A stretch of 61,728 nt of DNA, counting the filler, from Rhabdomonas costata (taxonomy: Eukaryota): NCBI GenBank assembly GCA_019059605.1. It is 25 parts of 25 records of this genome, joined end to end, with 100 filler letters (N's around TTAATTAATTAA, not from the genome) between each part and the next. Parts side by side here need not be neighbours in the genome. Positions count along the whole stretch, not along the records: positions 37,139 to 39,507 come from JAHMHO010003750.1; positions 39,608 to 41,974 come from JAHMHO010003751.1; positions 42,075 to 44,443 come from JAHMHO010003752.1; positions 44,544 to 46,917 come from JAHMHO010003753.1; positions 47,018 to 49,383 come from JAHMHO010003754.1; positions 49,484 to 51,850 come from JAHMHO010003755.1; 19 more parts are not named here. One strand, 5' to 3'. The notes beneath the pieces are model-generated. The model did not search any database. It was given only the letters and a program-made list of their open reading frames with translations, and was not told where the DNA came from. Shown here in pieces: positions 37,311-50,925 of this stretch; position 1 is the first letter of the stretch, and each line of letters opens with the position of its first letter. The position numbers and the translations under genes were made by a program.

Positions 37311-37475
37311 AGACACACCTTCTAACGTCAAATGTACGTACTCTGAAACCGTGCATTGCCTGCAAGGACAAAATCCAAGGCTCTTCTCACCCTTACGGCA
37401 CTTATTTCGTCCTTCCTCCTTCCACTCATGCACTCGAAAAAAGTAAAACGATTCTAATTTGCTTTTCTTTCCCAG

Positions 37476-38336
37476 CTTTGCAAACTGCCAAAATAAAGGC
37501 CGGCTTTGTTGAGCACCGCACGGAGGGAATGCAGAGCGCGATCGCTGAGGCGGCCTCGTTGTGCACGCGACGGCGCAACCCCGAGCTTTGTCCGGCCCAC
37601 CTCGCGGCGGAGATGCTGGCGGACGGCCAGGCGCTTCCCTCTAGGGTGCTGGCCCGAGTCCACGCGGACCTCGCGGCGGTGAAGGCCGGGCTGGAGACGA
37701 CGATGGACAGGTTCCCCTCGCAGGACCCGCCGGCAAAGCCCACGCCCAGCGGCACTCTGCTGAAGGTTGGAAAGCTGACTTGGGTTAGAGAGGAGGGAAG
37801 TGAAACAAACTTTGGGATCACTTGACTGAAGGTACAAAACAGGAGCACTGGCTCACATTTTCAAGTTTTGCAGACATCAATATCGGACCAAGCTTTTGTT
37901 GTGAGTATGTTTGTTGCACCTTCGTGTACTGGAAAGATAGAATAGCTTTGCTACAATGTCATGTGCAGGTTTTGTTTCTACTGAAGACGTTCCCTTTTGC
38001 TCTTTGTTTCGGGTGAGACGAAATAGCAACACCACAGAAAAAAATAGAGCTGGACTCGGGACAGGGATACCAGCGAAGGTGAAAGGACGGGTATTGCAGC
38101 GTTTCGAGAACAATGACCCCAGGCCTGCTTCCGCACTCCCTTCATGGGCACAAACCACGGTGATTGTTTTTTCCGAACAGGTCTTCAACAAGGTGACAAA
38201 GCTTCAGAAGAAGTTTGGGGACAGCTTTGTGGCGCTGGACACGTGCCTGCTTGCGCTGTTGGAGGAGCGGGAACGGGAACCGGCTGACGCGGTAGAAGTG
38301 CGAGGAGGCCATCACGGATCCGGGGGAAACCACAAG
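37476..38336 (+). pseudogene. ClpB/Hsp100 N-terminal (Clp repeat) domain, 2 exons (37476-37765, 38181-38336), degenerate
   Basis: TEGMQSAIAEA...PAHLA...RFPSQDP...|VFNK...QKKFGDSFVALDTCLLALLE. The expected LTRxKCEEAI segment lies in another frame and contains TAG (38293-38295). Confidence 0.75.
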
Positions 38337-41300
38337 GTTGTTCATGATATCTCTTCTTTTCCCAAACAGGAATTTAAAACTTGGAGCGGTGGGCAGAGTG
38401 CAGCTTCAGAATTTCAGGCCTGCATTACCTTCTCTCCACCATTTCTCAATCATGAATGGAGCATTCCCAATGTTCATTCGGATTCTGAAGTTAGCGCCAG
38501 TCTCTTGCTGCTTTTCCAGGCCCTTTCAGCCCTCATTTGAATTTTCCGTTGTGCACCTCACCTCCCACCCACCCAACGCACTTGTGAAAGAACAGCGGAG
38601 ACTGCCGTGCAGCCCCCACAACGCAGTGAGTGTGGGTTCTGAGCAATCATTTGCATTTTTTTGCACTCCCTGCGCTAACTGAAGTTTCAATTGAAAGTGA
38701 ATTAAGGGGAAACGCTGTAATATAAGGAAGTGCATCCAGACGAGTGTTAACTAGTTTTGGGGGAACTTGACTAACGATGAAGGCCATCCAGTTGCGATGG
38801 TTTTACAAAAAAATCAGTAAACAATGCCGTACAAATTCTTTTTCTTGATTAGCTCGGCGTCGGTGTCAAAGGCCGACCTAGTCATGTTCGTCTTGTCACA
38901 GGCGGGCGACTGTTCCGACCGGGTCGGGAAAAAATTTCGGGAAAAATTGGAAATTTTTCACAGGTGGTGTTGTATCACTGCTGACTGCTAAGTGACTTGC
39001 TTCGAATGAGAATCAGGAGAGAACGCGTGCGAAAAACATGTGGAAGCCCAATTGGTGCATTTCCTCTGGTCGTCCTCACAGAGTCCACCAAAACCGACCT
39101 GTGGTGCTCGGAGCTGACCCTGTTCAAGGGCGCTTTGTTTTAGTCCGCCCCCTTCGAACGGGCATTCAAACAGCCTGCCCCTTACTGACCCTATTTTTTG
39201 AGCACAGGAACGAGTTCCAGCTATGGTGGGCCTGATCCTGGCCCATCGAGTATAGCTGGTTCTTGACGATTGCAAGCTGGACGGAAATGTGTGCTGCGCC
39301 TACCACTGTGAGAGGTCGGAAGATTTTAATTGGCTGCAAAGATCTCCAGCAGCTGCCCATAGCTGTTCTGTGGCAGGGGCTGTTTCACCCTCGGGAGAGA
39401 AGGCTCCGGCGTGCTCGGCCAGAGTGGAGGAGAAGTTCGCCGAATGAGCTTTGCCGTCGTGCATCATGCGCCATCGTGTGGGATTTCGCACCAACGACCC
39501 CCACAACNNNNNNNNNNNNNNNNNNNNNNNNNNNNNNNNNNNNNNNNNNNNTTAATTAATTAANNNNNNNNNNNNNNNNNNNNNNNNNNNNNNNNNNNNN
39601 NNNNNNNGGGGGGGGTGGAAGTGCTTGGTCGCATATTGTTTTCGAGGAAGCATTTATGCAGACCTTTTACTGCGAGAGAGAGAGAGAGAGAGTCAAAGGC
39701 TCACCGCAAACACCGCAGAAAATCGGTAAGACTCGAAAATGAGACGCCATGTTGGACGCTGATGTCCCAATCCACTTGGTTATCGGACAATTCATCGGTT
39801 TTACTAACGTCGGATCATCGGGATCCACCATCGATTGCCTGCCCTCAGTCATCAGTGCGACTTTCACCGTCCGGGATGTGGCGAGCGCAAATTTGAAAAC
39901 AATCTATTGTTCAGTGTCTCGATAACTGAGAAGACTGTTGTCTTGTTGTGGAGCTTAAGTGCGCAACAAACAAAAATGAAAATTGTAAATAACAACGGTG
40001 GTGTCACCCTCTTTGTGTTTGCTGCTCACTCAGCTTTTCGCGTTGTGCTTTCGGACGGTGCCTCTCTTCCTCAGGTTCGTATGGGTGATGGCGACACGGC
40101 CTGAGAGACCAACCCGAGCACGACCCCTCTGCCCCTCGCCCAATACTTTTTGCGTGTTCGAGGGGTTTGCCTCGCGGCGGAGGGTAAGAGCCCTCTACTT
40201 CTACTGCATTTCCATGTTTTGTTTTCGCCCCATGAGTGATGTCTTCTCCCATCTTCCCTTCTCTTCACAATGTTGCAGCACCTGTACAGCGGAAGACCGA
40301 CATTACAACCCTCACCCTCTGCGTTCGTATGACGTGCTGACGCAACTGTTGTGCTCACCCGTACTTGTGGCGTTGATTTGGGCCCTTTCACCTATCACTA
40401 CGTTGAACTTGGGCTGCGGGGAGGCGTAGGAGGATCCCTCACCTGAATTCTTCGCATTTGGTTCTTGTGTGCAATGGACTGATGAGTATTCTAGACTGTC
40501 ACCCGAACTCATTCGGAAACTTCTGTTTGGAATGGAATTCACGTCTTGCAATGTGAGGGTTGGAAATCTTGTATTTTGTAAGCTCTTGATCGGTTTGAGC
40601 TGAAACAAACGTGTCAACGTGTGACTTGATGCAGAAGGATCTGCAAACTGAATGTCATCTTGTTTTTACACAAAAATTAACAGGAGGCGTACATACAGAC
40701 GATCACTAACCGGTGTTCACGTGTGCAATCCAAACAGGTGCTGGTTTCTGAAAGGGCAAAGTCTTTAACCCTCCCGTCGTCCTGCATATTCCAACCTCCG
40801 GTTATAAATGTATGAGAAAGACAGAGAGGGAGGGGGGGCCTCCCAAATAAATACCTCCGATAGCGCGCGCGTCTTCCTGGCGCCCTTCCATTGAGATTGC
40901 GGCGGAGGTGGATGCAGAACTTAAGCTCTCTGTGCTCAAACAACGAGTGGGCCGAGCAGCTGCGCGCTTCCCCAGCTCCCCAGGAGGACCACCCGTGCTG
41001 CCCATCACACTGATTTTGTGGTCCTCAGCCTTTATCTCGCAATGACGGTCTCCTTTCTCGTAGCATTTCATAGAGGAGTTGCATCTCCGTTTCGGTATCA
41101 CCGCAATCTCACCTTTCCACGTGACAGGATTTTCTTCTGGATTTTTCTTCTGCACTTCCAGTTTTCCAGTCTTGATTGAAAACCGAGTTTGTAGTCCGAG
41201 TCAAGGGGAGAGTGGTGGGTTGAAGGCTCGCAATCGTAGTTGAAGTCCCAAGCGGATGGAGAAGGCCCTGTCTTGGATCCGAGGCACCACCGACCAGGAG

Positions 41301-42074
41301 TACGAGAACGCGGTTCAGGTTCTTCGTGAAAATAGTGGGGTGCACATCAACAGTATGCTTCTCTCCCAGCTCTCGGGGGGGGGGTATGGCCCCCCTTCAT
41401 TTCCACCTGGACCATTTTCGAACACAAAACTGTTGACAGCTGCTCACTTCGCGTGCTCTGCTTGACCTCTGCCGTGTTTGAACCCTCGAGTTCTTCCAGG
41501 CCACCCCACCAATATCAACACCGCAGAAGCCCATATGGTGCCCTGGCTGTTTTTTTTTTTGGCTGAATGTCAGGACCACTGCAAAATGTACTGCATGCGC
41601 AGTTTGGTATTCGGTCCCACCGTGATGGTATGCCGAGAGACCAAATCTCCTATGTTTCTTTTCTTGCAGTTCTGAAGAAGCTTCACCCATGGCACCCGTA
41701 CGACCCAAAGATGGAAAAGAGTCACCCATGCTTTCAGGTACCCTGCCTTCCGCTCGCCACCCGCATCCATCGCTCTTGATGTCACTGAACTCTCTATTGC
41801 CTTCGCGCTTCTCTTTCTCTCTCAAGTTTCCTGGTCGATTTCCTGGTCCTCCCTTGTCCTCCTGTTCGTCTGTAAATTAGCTGATTAGTTAATTAATCTC
41901 CCGCTTTTCCAACCTTTCTACCTCTTCTTTTTTCCCGATGCCACTGTACTCTCGCGCCCGCCGAGACTTTGCATNNNNNNNNNNNNNNNNNNNNNNNNNN
42001 NNNNNNNNNNNNNNNNNNTTAATTAATTAANNNNNNNNNNNNNNNNNNNNNNNNNNNNNNNNNNNNNNNNNNNN

Positions 42075-42901
42075 CGGTGCGGGAAGCAGTGGGGCCGGGG
42101 CTGGCGGTGAGTGTGAAGCTGAACTGTGGGGACTTCCGGAAGGGGGGCTACGGCCTGGGCGACGCCACCGTGGTGGCGCAGTGGCTGGAGGAGGCCGGAG
42201 TGGACCTGGTGGAGCTCTCCGGGGGAAGCTATGAGTCTCCTGTGATGATGGGGTATGTGCGCAATGGTTTTTTCTCATTGCCTGTCCTTCGTGTTTAGGG
42301 CATACTAGGGCTTGGCCCGTGTCATTTTGGGTGTGTACCCGTGTTTTACTGCTGATTTCAGCTTCCATGAAGCATGCAGGTTGCGCAAGTGTTTTTTTTT
42401 AGCTTTCTCTTCTCCCGTCCATGTCTGTTTTCATTCCTCTTCATTTCTCTCGCCCATACCTCTTTCCTTTTTCAGTCATCCCCGCTTGGTGGTCTTCACC
42501 GGTTCTGGCGGTGTTTTTTTCGCGTTTTTTTTTAAGGCCTTCTTGGACAAAACCCAGCAAGGTGGAGGCCTACTTCCTGTCCCAGGCGATTGAGATCCGC
42601 AAGGTGCTCTCCAAGACGGCTCTAATGCTCACCGGGGGCTTCCGCTCCCGCTGCGCCATGGAAGAGGCCCTTGCCCACCACATCGACCTCATCGGCATTG
42701 CAAGGCCCTTGTGCGGAGCCCCGGAATGCGCGGCAGAGCTTCTGAGTGGCCAGCTGTCCGTGCTGCCTGCGTTTGAGAACACCCTCCGGGTTGGGTTACC
42801 CCCGCTGCACTCTCTGTTAAGGCTCTTTCGGATGGGGCGTTTCGTGATCATTGCGGGCCACCAGGGATGGTACTACATGAACGAGCTCCGTATGGGGCAG
42901 G
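42075..42901 (+). CDS. NADH:flavin oxidoreductase (Old Yellow Enzyme family) fragment, exons 42075-42252 and 42537 to about 42901
   Basis: VREAVGP...VSVKLNCGDF...GVDLVELSGGSYESP, EAYFL, LMLTGGFRS, DLIGIARP. Phase-2 GT-AG intron. Confidence 0.9.
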
Positions 42902-44552
42902 GCATTCCCAGGTCCGGGTCCTTCGAGGGGTGGAATGCGTGGGAAGGTTTCACAACAGCCCACCCTTGCGGCTCGTCCCGATCTGTTTAGGTCTGTTGCT
43001 TATGGGAGTGCTGACCGCAGGGGTCGTGTTCGCCTGTGCCTCGTGATGGCTGTGGAGATGGCGCTTCGCAGGGGACTGCCATCGCTGTGTATTTTGGGGT
43101 GCCTCATGTGCTGCTTAAAGTTGACTGTTTTTGTGTTTAAGGGCAGCGTGTGGGTTCTCGTTGTGGTTGTCGCACTGTTGGATTGCCTGTGATCTGTCAT
43201 CGCTGTACCATGGGTTCAGGTTTGGGCTCTACTGTGCTACTGTGCGGAAGGTACAGGCCTTGGTTTCTGATGTCTGTGCTGAAAGCATGAGGACTTTTAT
43301 GTCAAAAGGGATTGCTGTGGTTCGGGGGATTTGCGATAATATCGATGTTCTTGCAACTCCATGATCAAAGGTGACACGGCGCAGCAATAACGACGACAAT
43401 CTTATGTGGGTTATTTTTTTATTTAATTTCGATTTTTAGCCCCGCTATTCCTCCTGCACTCTGCTTCTGCAATGCTGTGCACTAGAAGCCAAGAGCAAAA
43501 GAAATTGCAAATGAATTACTGATCCTGACTGGGCCAAGACGATGCAGCAATCAACATGTTGCGATGAATTTTATTGATTGGGCCATGCTGCATCCCCCTC
43601 CTTTTTTGTTTACATCTTTACAAATCCATCAAAAAAAGCGTAATAACTTCCCGTTTTTCATTTCTTATATGGGTTGCATTTTTCACAATTGATTGAAAGT
43701 TAAACGCATGACAGCTCCCTTGGAACCTGATTTTCAACTCATTTGTAGGCTTGTCGGTGTTATCTTCGATGGGATGTGGGTGTGCACCTGGGGAGGTATT
43801 CATGTGGTGATGGTGCGCTGGATATGCCTGCTGGTACTTTTTGGTCTCTGCGCGGGGGTCCCTGGGGGAAGGATCCCGTGTCCTAAGGTGGAAATTCGGC
43901 ATAAGGCGCAGCCGCGGGGTGTGTCACTGCGAGAATTTGGGTGTCCCCGACCCCTGCCGCCCTGCCCGAACTTCGGGAAGTGCACTGCGTCCGTCTCGGG
44001 ATGCCTACTGCCCTTCCCCTCCGAGCTGGGGATCTCCCTGGGCGCGATGAAGGTTTACCGGCTGAGTAATGCCGTGCACTCGTACGAGAGCTGGAGCATG
44101 GCTCGACGCCCGCCAACCCACCCTCCCCGGCTCTCCTTTCGTGCCACCCAACCCAAGTGAATGGTTCTCAGTTGGGTGATTCTCAGACTATTCTGTTCAC
44201 ACTGGGTCAGGTTACGTACACAATGACCTTGCCTATAGCAGCCTGTGATCTCTCCCAGAGTAGAGCTGCTCCCGTGTTGATATTCTCATGACCGAATCTC
44301 GTTTAATCAGTGTTCTAGGTTCTACACAAACCCAGGGTTTGTTGGGATCGATGAATGTTGATCATTTTGACACTCTCCCACCAGTCAGGAACAAGTATCC
44401 CAACCAATCGGCGCCTTTTCGTTCCTCGACCCCCACCACAACCNNNNNNNNNNNNNNNNNNNNNNNNNNNNNNNNNNNNNNNNNNNNTTAATTAATTAAN
44501 NNNNNNNNNNNNNNNNNNNNNNNNNNNNNNNNNNNNNNNNNNNTTTTGAGAG

Positions 44553-44783
44553 ATGGGGGGCGGGTATTATGACCGGCCGACCCTGTCGGCGGAAGCCTCC
44601 AGTGGCCCTGCGAAGGCCACTTACTCCGCGCTCGCGGATGCGGTGTTCTCGCAAGCGCAGAGCATGCACCCGTCGTGCTCGCCTTTTCAACGAGTACTGG
44701 AGTGCCCCACTGAGGACGCCGTCGTGGTCGTGATCGACGTTACCGGCAGCATGGGTGATTTTCCACGAATAATATTTGACAAG
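44553..44783 (+). CDS. First exon of a VWA-domain protein
   Basis: MGGGYYD start, VVVVIDVTGSMG (MIDAS DxTxS), IIFDK, then a GTGTG donor. Confidence 0.75.
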
Positions 44784-45879
44784 GTGTGTTCACGAGGGCT
44801 AGGCCGAAGCAGGCCTGGGGTGTGTTTTCTGGCAAGGTGTGTTGTTGGAAATCTTAAATGATGGTAATTCAGGTGAACTGACGTTAAAACGAGAGCTCTC
44901 CCTCCGGTACAAGATGACTTTGCGTTGCAATAATACTTGAATCCAACTGAATTACCCCAAGAACTCCCTGATTCGTATCTGAAGAGTCGAGGACTGTGAC
45001 TTTCCGTTCCCGTTGACTTTACACTCCCCCTTTTTATTGTTTTCTTCTTCGGCAGGCGAGCATTTCTTTTTAGGGAAACAGGCAGAAGGGTCAGCCGATG
45101 TCCATTACGAGGCCGGCAGAAAGCACTGAGCTATCAGTGTCACGTGTCCAAAGGCCTATTTCGAGGGCAAAGCCGATGCAGCCCCGGGGTCTTTTCTATG
45201 TACAGTGGGTTTCCCGAAACGTCTAGGGCCCAATCACAACATGATGCAGAGTAACGCATGGAGACAGAAGTACCATTGAGACACTAGTTGAGACACAGCA
45301 GCCCGAAGGAAGGCCCTGAGACGTGAGACACACACCAAGACGTTGGAACCATGCAGAGAGTGGAGACAGAGACCTTGAGACAGAGTGACACCTTGAGGCT
45401 GTGTGAGGCATTGACAAAATTGACAGAATTCGTTGAAACAGAACACAACATGAGGCAGAGGAACGCAAAGAGTGGGATACTGACACAGAGGAACAATTAA
45501 CACCATGAACCCTGAGTGCGACGCGAGAGAGTGAGACACGTGAGGCAGAGTTATAAATTGAAACAGAGGCAGTTTGGCAACACACACAGAGGCAATATAA
45601 CATTTTGGGGTATTTTTGGGCCCTTTTTGCCTTCACACAGGCTTTCAAGGGCCCTTTTTGGCCCTTTGCAGGCCTGCGTACTGAGCCTAAGCTTTCGGCC
45701 CGGCCTGCTTAACATCATTAAGGGTAGAGCCCAGGAGTACATCATGCTGGCACCGGAGTGGGCCGCCGTAGAGAAGGACTCCGAGGCCGGGAAGCGGCCA
45801 ACCAACTCATCTCAGGAGTACTACCATACCACCAAATATGAGCCCCAACCCGTCACTCTAGCTCGAGTTCCATGAACCC

Positions 45880-46810
45880 ACCCACCAGGAACCAGGAACC
45901 ACAAACAGGAACGCAAGGCACGAACTCCACCCTATGACTCCATGACCAACACCAACACCAACACCAACAACAGCAGCTCCAACGTCAACGACCCAACTCC
46001 ACACCACCAGGACACACACTCCAAGCACAACACCAACAACACACCAAGCCCAAGAAGCACCCACACAGCACAACAATGACACCAGCGACCATGAGACCCC
46101 ATCACCACCATTGCCCACACTGCTACCATGAATCCTAAACCCATTGCACACAACACAAACCCCCAACACACACAACACCACTCCAACCCACACCCCACGA
46201 TACAGCACAATACAATACCAACACACGAGAGAACCAAGGCCACATACCCAACCCATGCAGAAGATCGCCATCCCAATCCCAACCCCAGCACCCACGCACA
46301 CCGTAACGTACAGTTCTTTCTCTCGCTGCTCTGGGGGTTCTACCAGGTTGACCTATCTAGCCACTTCAGCCGGCCTCGGGAACCTCACCAATCGTCGGGG
46401 GCCTCGGAAATGGGGAGGTAAGACCACTTGCTTCGGCCCAAAACCTCCTCTTATTCGCAAAGACAACAACCCACCCCCAGCAACCTACAGCAACAGAAGC
46501 ACCTGACATCAAAGCAAACTACCCAGCACCACAGACGCATGCACCAAAGGCCATCAAGCAAAGGACACCCATACCAGCCCTACTCGTACCCACCCCGCAA
46601 GAAATACCCTCAGAACCTGCAACACCAGACCCACGCATAGCCATCCCACAGTAAGCACACCCAGCAGCAGTACACCCATGCACACACCCATACCCATAGC
46701 AACCCAAGCACACACCTCACCTATACTCCCAACACCGTCGAACACACCGTAGGGCACACCCCACCGTAGCGCACATCCCAGCGAACAATAGCAACCCATA
46801 TGCACCAGAG
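45880..46810 (+). mobile_element. Possible highly decayed non-LTR retrotransposon reverse-transcriptase remnant
   Basis: C/A-skewed strand. WGFYQVDLSS resembles GxxQGDPLS and is followed at a plausible spacing by LLLFA(frameshift)D, which resembles LLFADD. Confidence 0.35.
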
Positions 46811-46815
46811 ACCCT

Positions 46816-46917
46816 GCACAAAGCAAAGCACAAAGCAAAGCACAAAGCAAAGCACAAAGCAAAGCACAAAGCAAAGCACAAAGCAAAGCACAAAGCAAAC
46901 CACAAACCAAAGCACAA
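46816..46917. repeat. 12-bp tandem repeat (GCACAAAGCAAA)n
   Basis: About 8 copies running to the contig end. Confidence 0.95.
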
Positions 46918-47026
46918 NNNNNNNNNNNNNNNNNNNNNNNNNNNNNNNNNNNNNNNNNNNNTTAATTAATTAANNNNNNNNNNNNNNNNNNNNNNNNNNN
47001 NNNNNNNNNNNNNNNNNGGGTGTGTG

Positions 47027-49082
47027 GGCAGTCGACCCATTCCGGAGCCACAACGGAAGAATGGCAGCCGAACTGTGCACACAGAATCGCGCATTGAGAA
47101 TTTCAGCTTCGAATTTGAACGGTGTCCATATTTTCATTGCGATAAGAGGACCACTTCGAAGATGTTCACGAATGGGAGAGAATTTCAAAACGTCAAGAAA
47201 AGCATGACCACTCAACGCAAGAGGAAAGAGGGAAGTGTTCGACACCATTTTTGCGAGCTTAGCTAAGAAAATGAGTACCTGAAGGCGCCTTTGGATATGA
47301 ACCTGCACATACACACATTAAATTAAGCAGAAGCGTTGCTTCGACGCTGCCGTTACCGTAATGCCAGGAGTACATCAGAAAGAGAGCTCTCCTGGCCGGT
47401 AGCGAAAAGCCGTACAAGGCAGACACAAAGTGCCGGGCGGGAACATACACACTCACCTTGCAATGAATCATGAGTTTCGCTCTTTGAGTGAACTTGTCAG
47501 CCTGCATTCCATTCAGCACCACACCGAGAGCCTCAACACTTTGCACTCGCTCTGCAGCCGCGGCCAAGGAAAGATGTTTGAAAGAAATCCTGCAAACAGC
47601 ACCCTTGGTGAAGGCTTTGCGATCACCTTCTGTTGAGTTCACATTGCCTCCACATGTGCGGAAGAAGACACGCCTGTCTCCACGCAATACCTAAGTGCCG
47701 ATCGAGCCCGTCCACTGACGTTTTCGCACCAAAGGTCAACGAACGATATGGTGTAAGGTGTGGACAGGACCGTGGATTCTTTAAATGGACACAAGCCCAG
47801 CCCAGCACCTGCACCAGCTCAATTTGTCTGTCAGATATTCAAAGGTGAAATTCGCGGTTGGGACGATGTTCGATGTTTGAATGCACGGGGAAGGGGGCGT
47901 GACCGCCAAAAAAGTTTCCGTGGACACGCAACTCAAAGAAGCTCACCTGAGGAGAGGGCGATCAGTCTCATCCCGGAATGAAGCGCGAATTGCAGGGCTG
48001 CCTGATGAGCGCCGTTGTCCAGTTTCATGGAAGATGCGTTGAAGCCGATTCTCGCATCTGCACTGTTGTACCCCCCCCCCAAAAAAAAGAAACGTGCAGA
48101 CGAACAGATTTCAGTTTTTGAAAAAGGTTCACCTCTCACGACAAGGGCAAAAAGGTTTTGTTTCGTAACTGAAGACCACGGCAGTACGTTGTCAAACCTG
48201 CTCTCGCTCAAAATAACTTGATCAAATTGGTCAAATTATTTCCCAAAAAAAAACTTCAAATCGTCGAAACGTTTTCAACGACAAGAAAAGTAAGCACCAT
48301 GTGAAAGAAGAACCGCAATTGGTTCGGATTCACGTGATTAACCGTGCAGCCTCCCTCCATTAACTGCGTTTAGAATCCAAAACCACCACATCACTACTAA
48401 GAAAAGCATTCCAGTGACGTTTATGTATTGACAGACCGCCTTTTAGCCTCGGGCACACCCCAGGCCTGGCTTGAAACTCAAAACAGGACAGTACGTTTAA
48501 GAACTTCGAGCAAAATAAGTATAAAACTTGATTGAAGCGAGAAGCACAAAGGTACTTGGAGGTTTTGGCTGAGAAACCTCTCGCCTTCTGAAGGCGACCC
48601 AAATGACGCAACCCATTAAACATTTTCAAAAGAAAAATATTCTCCTGATGCAAGCAATAAAGAAGAAAAGAAAACAAACAACTGTTTGACGCTTGCAGAA
48701 TCTCTCTCCAAATTTCCACGCGTTCCATGGGAGTTGAAGAAAAGGCCTTTCAGTGCCCACTTTCCCCCCAAATCCATGCTTGTTACCAGTCACTGACCAG
48801 GTGCGGGTTCATTCCCAAAGGCGCCTTCAGGTACTCATTTTCTTAGCTAAGCTCGCAAAAATGGTGTCGAACGCTTCCCTCTTTCCTCTTGCGTTGAGTG
48901 GTCATGCTTTTCTTGACGTTTTGAAATTCTCTCCCATTCGTGAACATCTTCGAAGTGGTCCTCTTATCGCAATGAAAAAGGGGACACCGTTCAAATTCGA
49001 AGCTGAAATCCTCAATGCGCGATTCTGCTTGCTCAGTTCGGCTGCCATTCTTCCGTTGTGGCTCCGGAATGGGTCGACTGCC
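47027..49082. repeat. Long inverted repeat of about 280 bp (47027-47308 / 48801-49082) around a 1.5-kb core
   Basis: The arms are reverse complements with a few substitutions. The ORF track shows near-identical ORFs on opposite strands. Confidence 0.92.
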
Positions 49083-50925
49083 GCCACTTGCGTGGGACCT
49101 ACTATCACTGTCTGCACCCAACCTACTTGGAATCCGACCTTGCAAAAGTCCTCAGCGCTCTGGGGACAGCCTATCTAGACGCCGCAGTGCTTTCCTTGGA
49201 TTTCACATGGGGCAAGCATTGCTTGGTATTTTGAATCCATTTTTTTTACTGTCACGTGTTTTCTTCCTCCTGAACAAAAGTTACTGAAATAATAAGTTCG
49301 AAAGTGGATTTGGTTGGCTTTCGGAATGCCTCTTGTCACGCACAGCACGTTTGTCTTTGCGCGTCTTCCAGCTTCATTCATTCNNNNNNNNNNNNNNNNN
49401 NNNNNNNNNNNNNNNNNNNNNNNNNNNTTAATTAATTAANNNNNNNNNNNNNNNNNNNNNNNNNNNNNNNNNNNNNNNNNNNNGGGGTTGGTTAGAAGCG
49501 GGAACGGGAGAAGATAAGACACCGTCTCCACCTTCGCCGAGGAAAGCCGCTCACAACGGTGGTGAGCACACTCCCGAGTCAACCTTCGGGAGCAATGCAT
49601 ACAACAAGAGCACGCAGGATCAGCTGCGAGTTTCCGTGCTCAAACACGCAACCTTTCAATGAATAGTTTGTGTTCGTTTTGAGCAAGGAATTACTTTCCG
49701 AAGTTCGGTACGATGCATTTGAATAGAAGATGACAATTGAAGGATGCACTTAGGCGCGGGTAGAATTTATTACTCGGGACATGCAAGACAACAGTGCCAA
49801 TATGCTTCACAGTTGCTGCTTTTTTCTTGCATTTCTTTACAAATGCGGTGGAGCTTCAAAGGACACTGGCCGTTCAGGCCTTCTTTGATGAGGATTTCTG
49901 GTCTTGCCGAGGGAGTGGAGTCCATGGGCGGCTCCAGAGAAGCACTGAAAAGGTGGTCCGGACAATTCCCGTTCCCCCTAGCGCCCTGGATGAACTAATA
50001 GTGATTGCGACGGTCCACCCACCTTAACTAAGCGAAACACTTGCGAAGTTCCCGCCACGCACCCGAAGCTGACCTTTTTCAGGCCATTGCTGTGTTCGCC
50101 AGCGTGGTGGGCACGAGGACGGAGTCCTGCGACTACCCGTCTATTAATGCATCAACCCCTCCATGAAAAAATTCTATTATGACGCAAATCAGCGAACCCC
50201 ACGTTCGATCCCAGGAATACTCCCCCACGACGAACTGCCGCACTACCCCAATATTCCTACAAAATAGGGTATTCTGCGTGCGTGCTTTTGAGGTTCTTGC
50301 AGGAGCTAACAGGCAGCTGAGCCTGAGGTAAACGAACATCAGACTCAATTCATCCAACTCCTCTCGATCGCACATACTCAACACATATCAAAATGCACAA
50401 AAAAACGGACCTCCAGGACACTATACAGCCTCTGCTCTCGATCCTTCCCCCACACCTTCCTCCAGTTACCATCCCGTGACCACCCATTACCAATTCTTTC
50501 TTGGCGAAACAGGCACGGCAACACAAGAGATACCAGAGAGAGAGAGAGAGAGAGAGGCGATACAAGACGACGAAGAAGGGGCTAAAAGGGCAAACACAGC
50601 ACCTGACAACGGTGCATAAGGGGAGGGAAAACAAAAGCGTGAGAAGGGAATACGCACGGCAAAACAAGAGTATCAGTAAGCGGAAGGAATCACAGAGCTG
50701 AAAAAAAAAAAGGAACAAACGAAGACGAACATGACTGTACACGCCGGAGTTGTGGGCAGCTCTCAGACGCTCTTCCACTGCAGCAACTTCTGTGGCACTG
50801 ATTGGCCAAAAGGACAGACAATGATGAAGAGAAAAATGGTAAACGAGCGCTTTATTCTGGCATATTGTCGAGCAATGGTGAATCTGCCGCTCGTGGGGCC
50901 ACCGTCCAACCAACACAGTTCGGCA

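Noticed and set aside
5494-38295. Genome-wide stop-codon reassignment (in-frame TAA 5494, TGA 15625 and 18976, TAG 38293)
   Set aside because: All three codons end other genes at sensible positions (TAA 16950 and 50926, TAG 30867, TGA 23312). The methyltransferase and ClpB cases come with frameshifts.
35030-41738. Exon-like segments at about 35030-35258, 41256-41318 and 41670-41738
   Set aside because: Splice-like borders are present but I recognise no protein family, so they are left uncalled.
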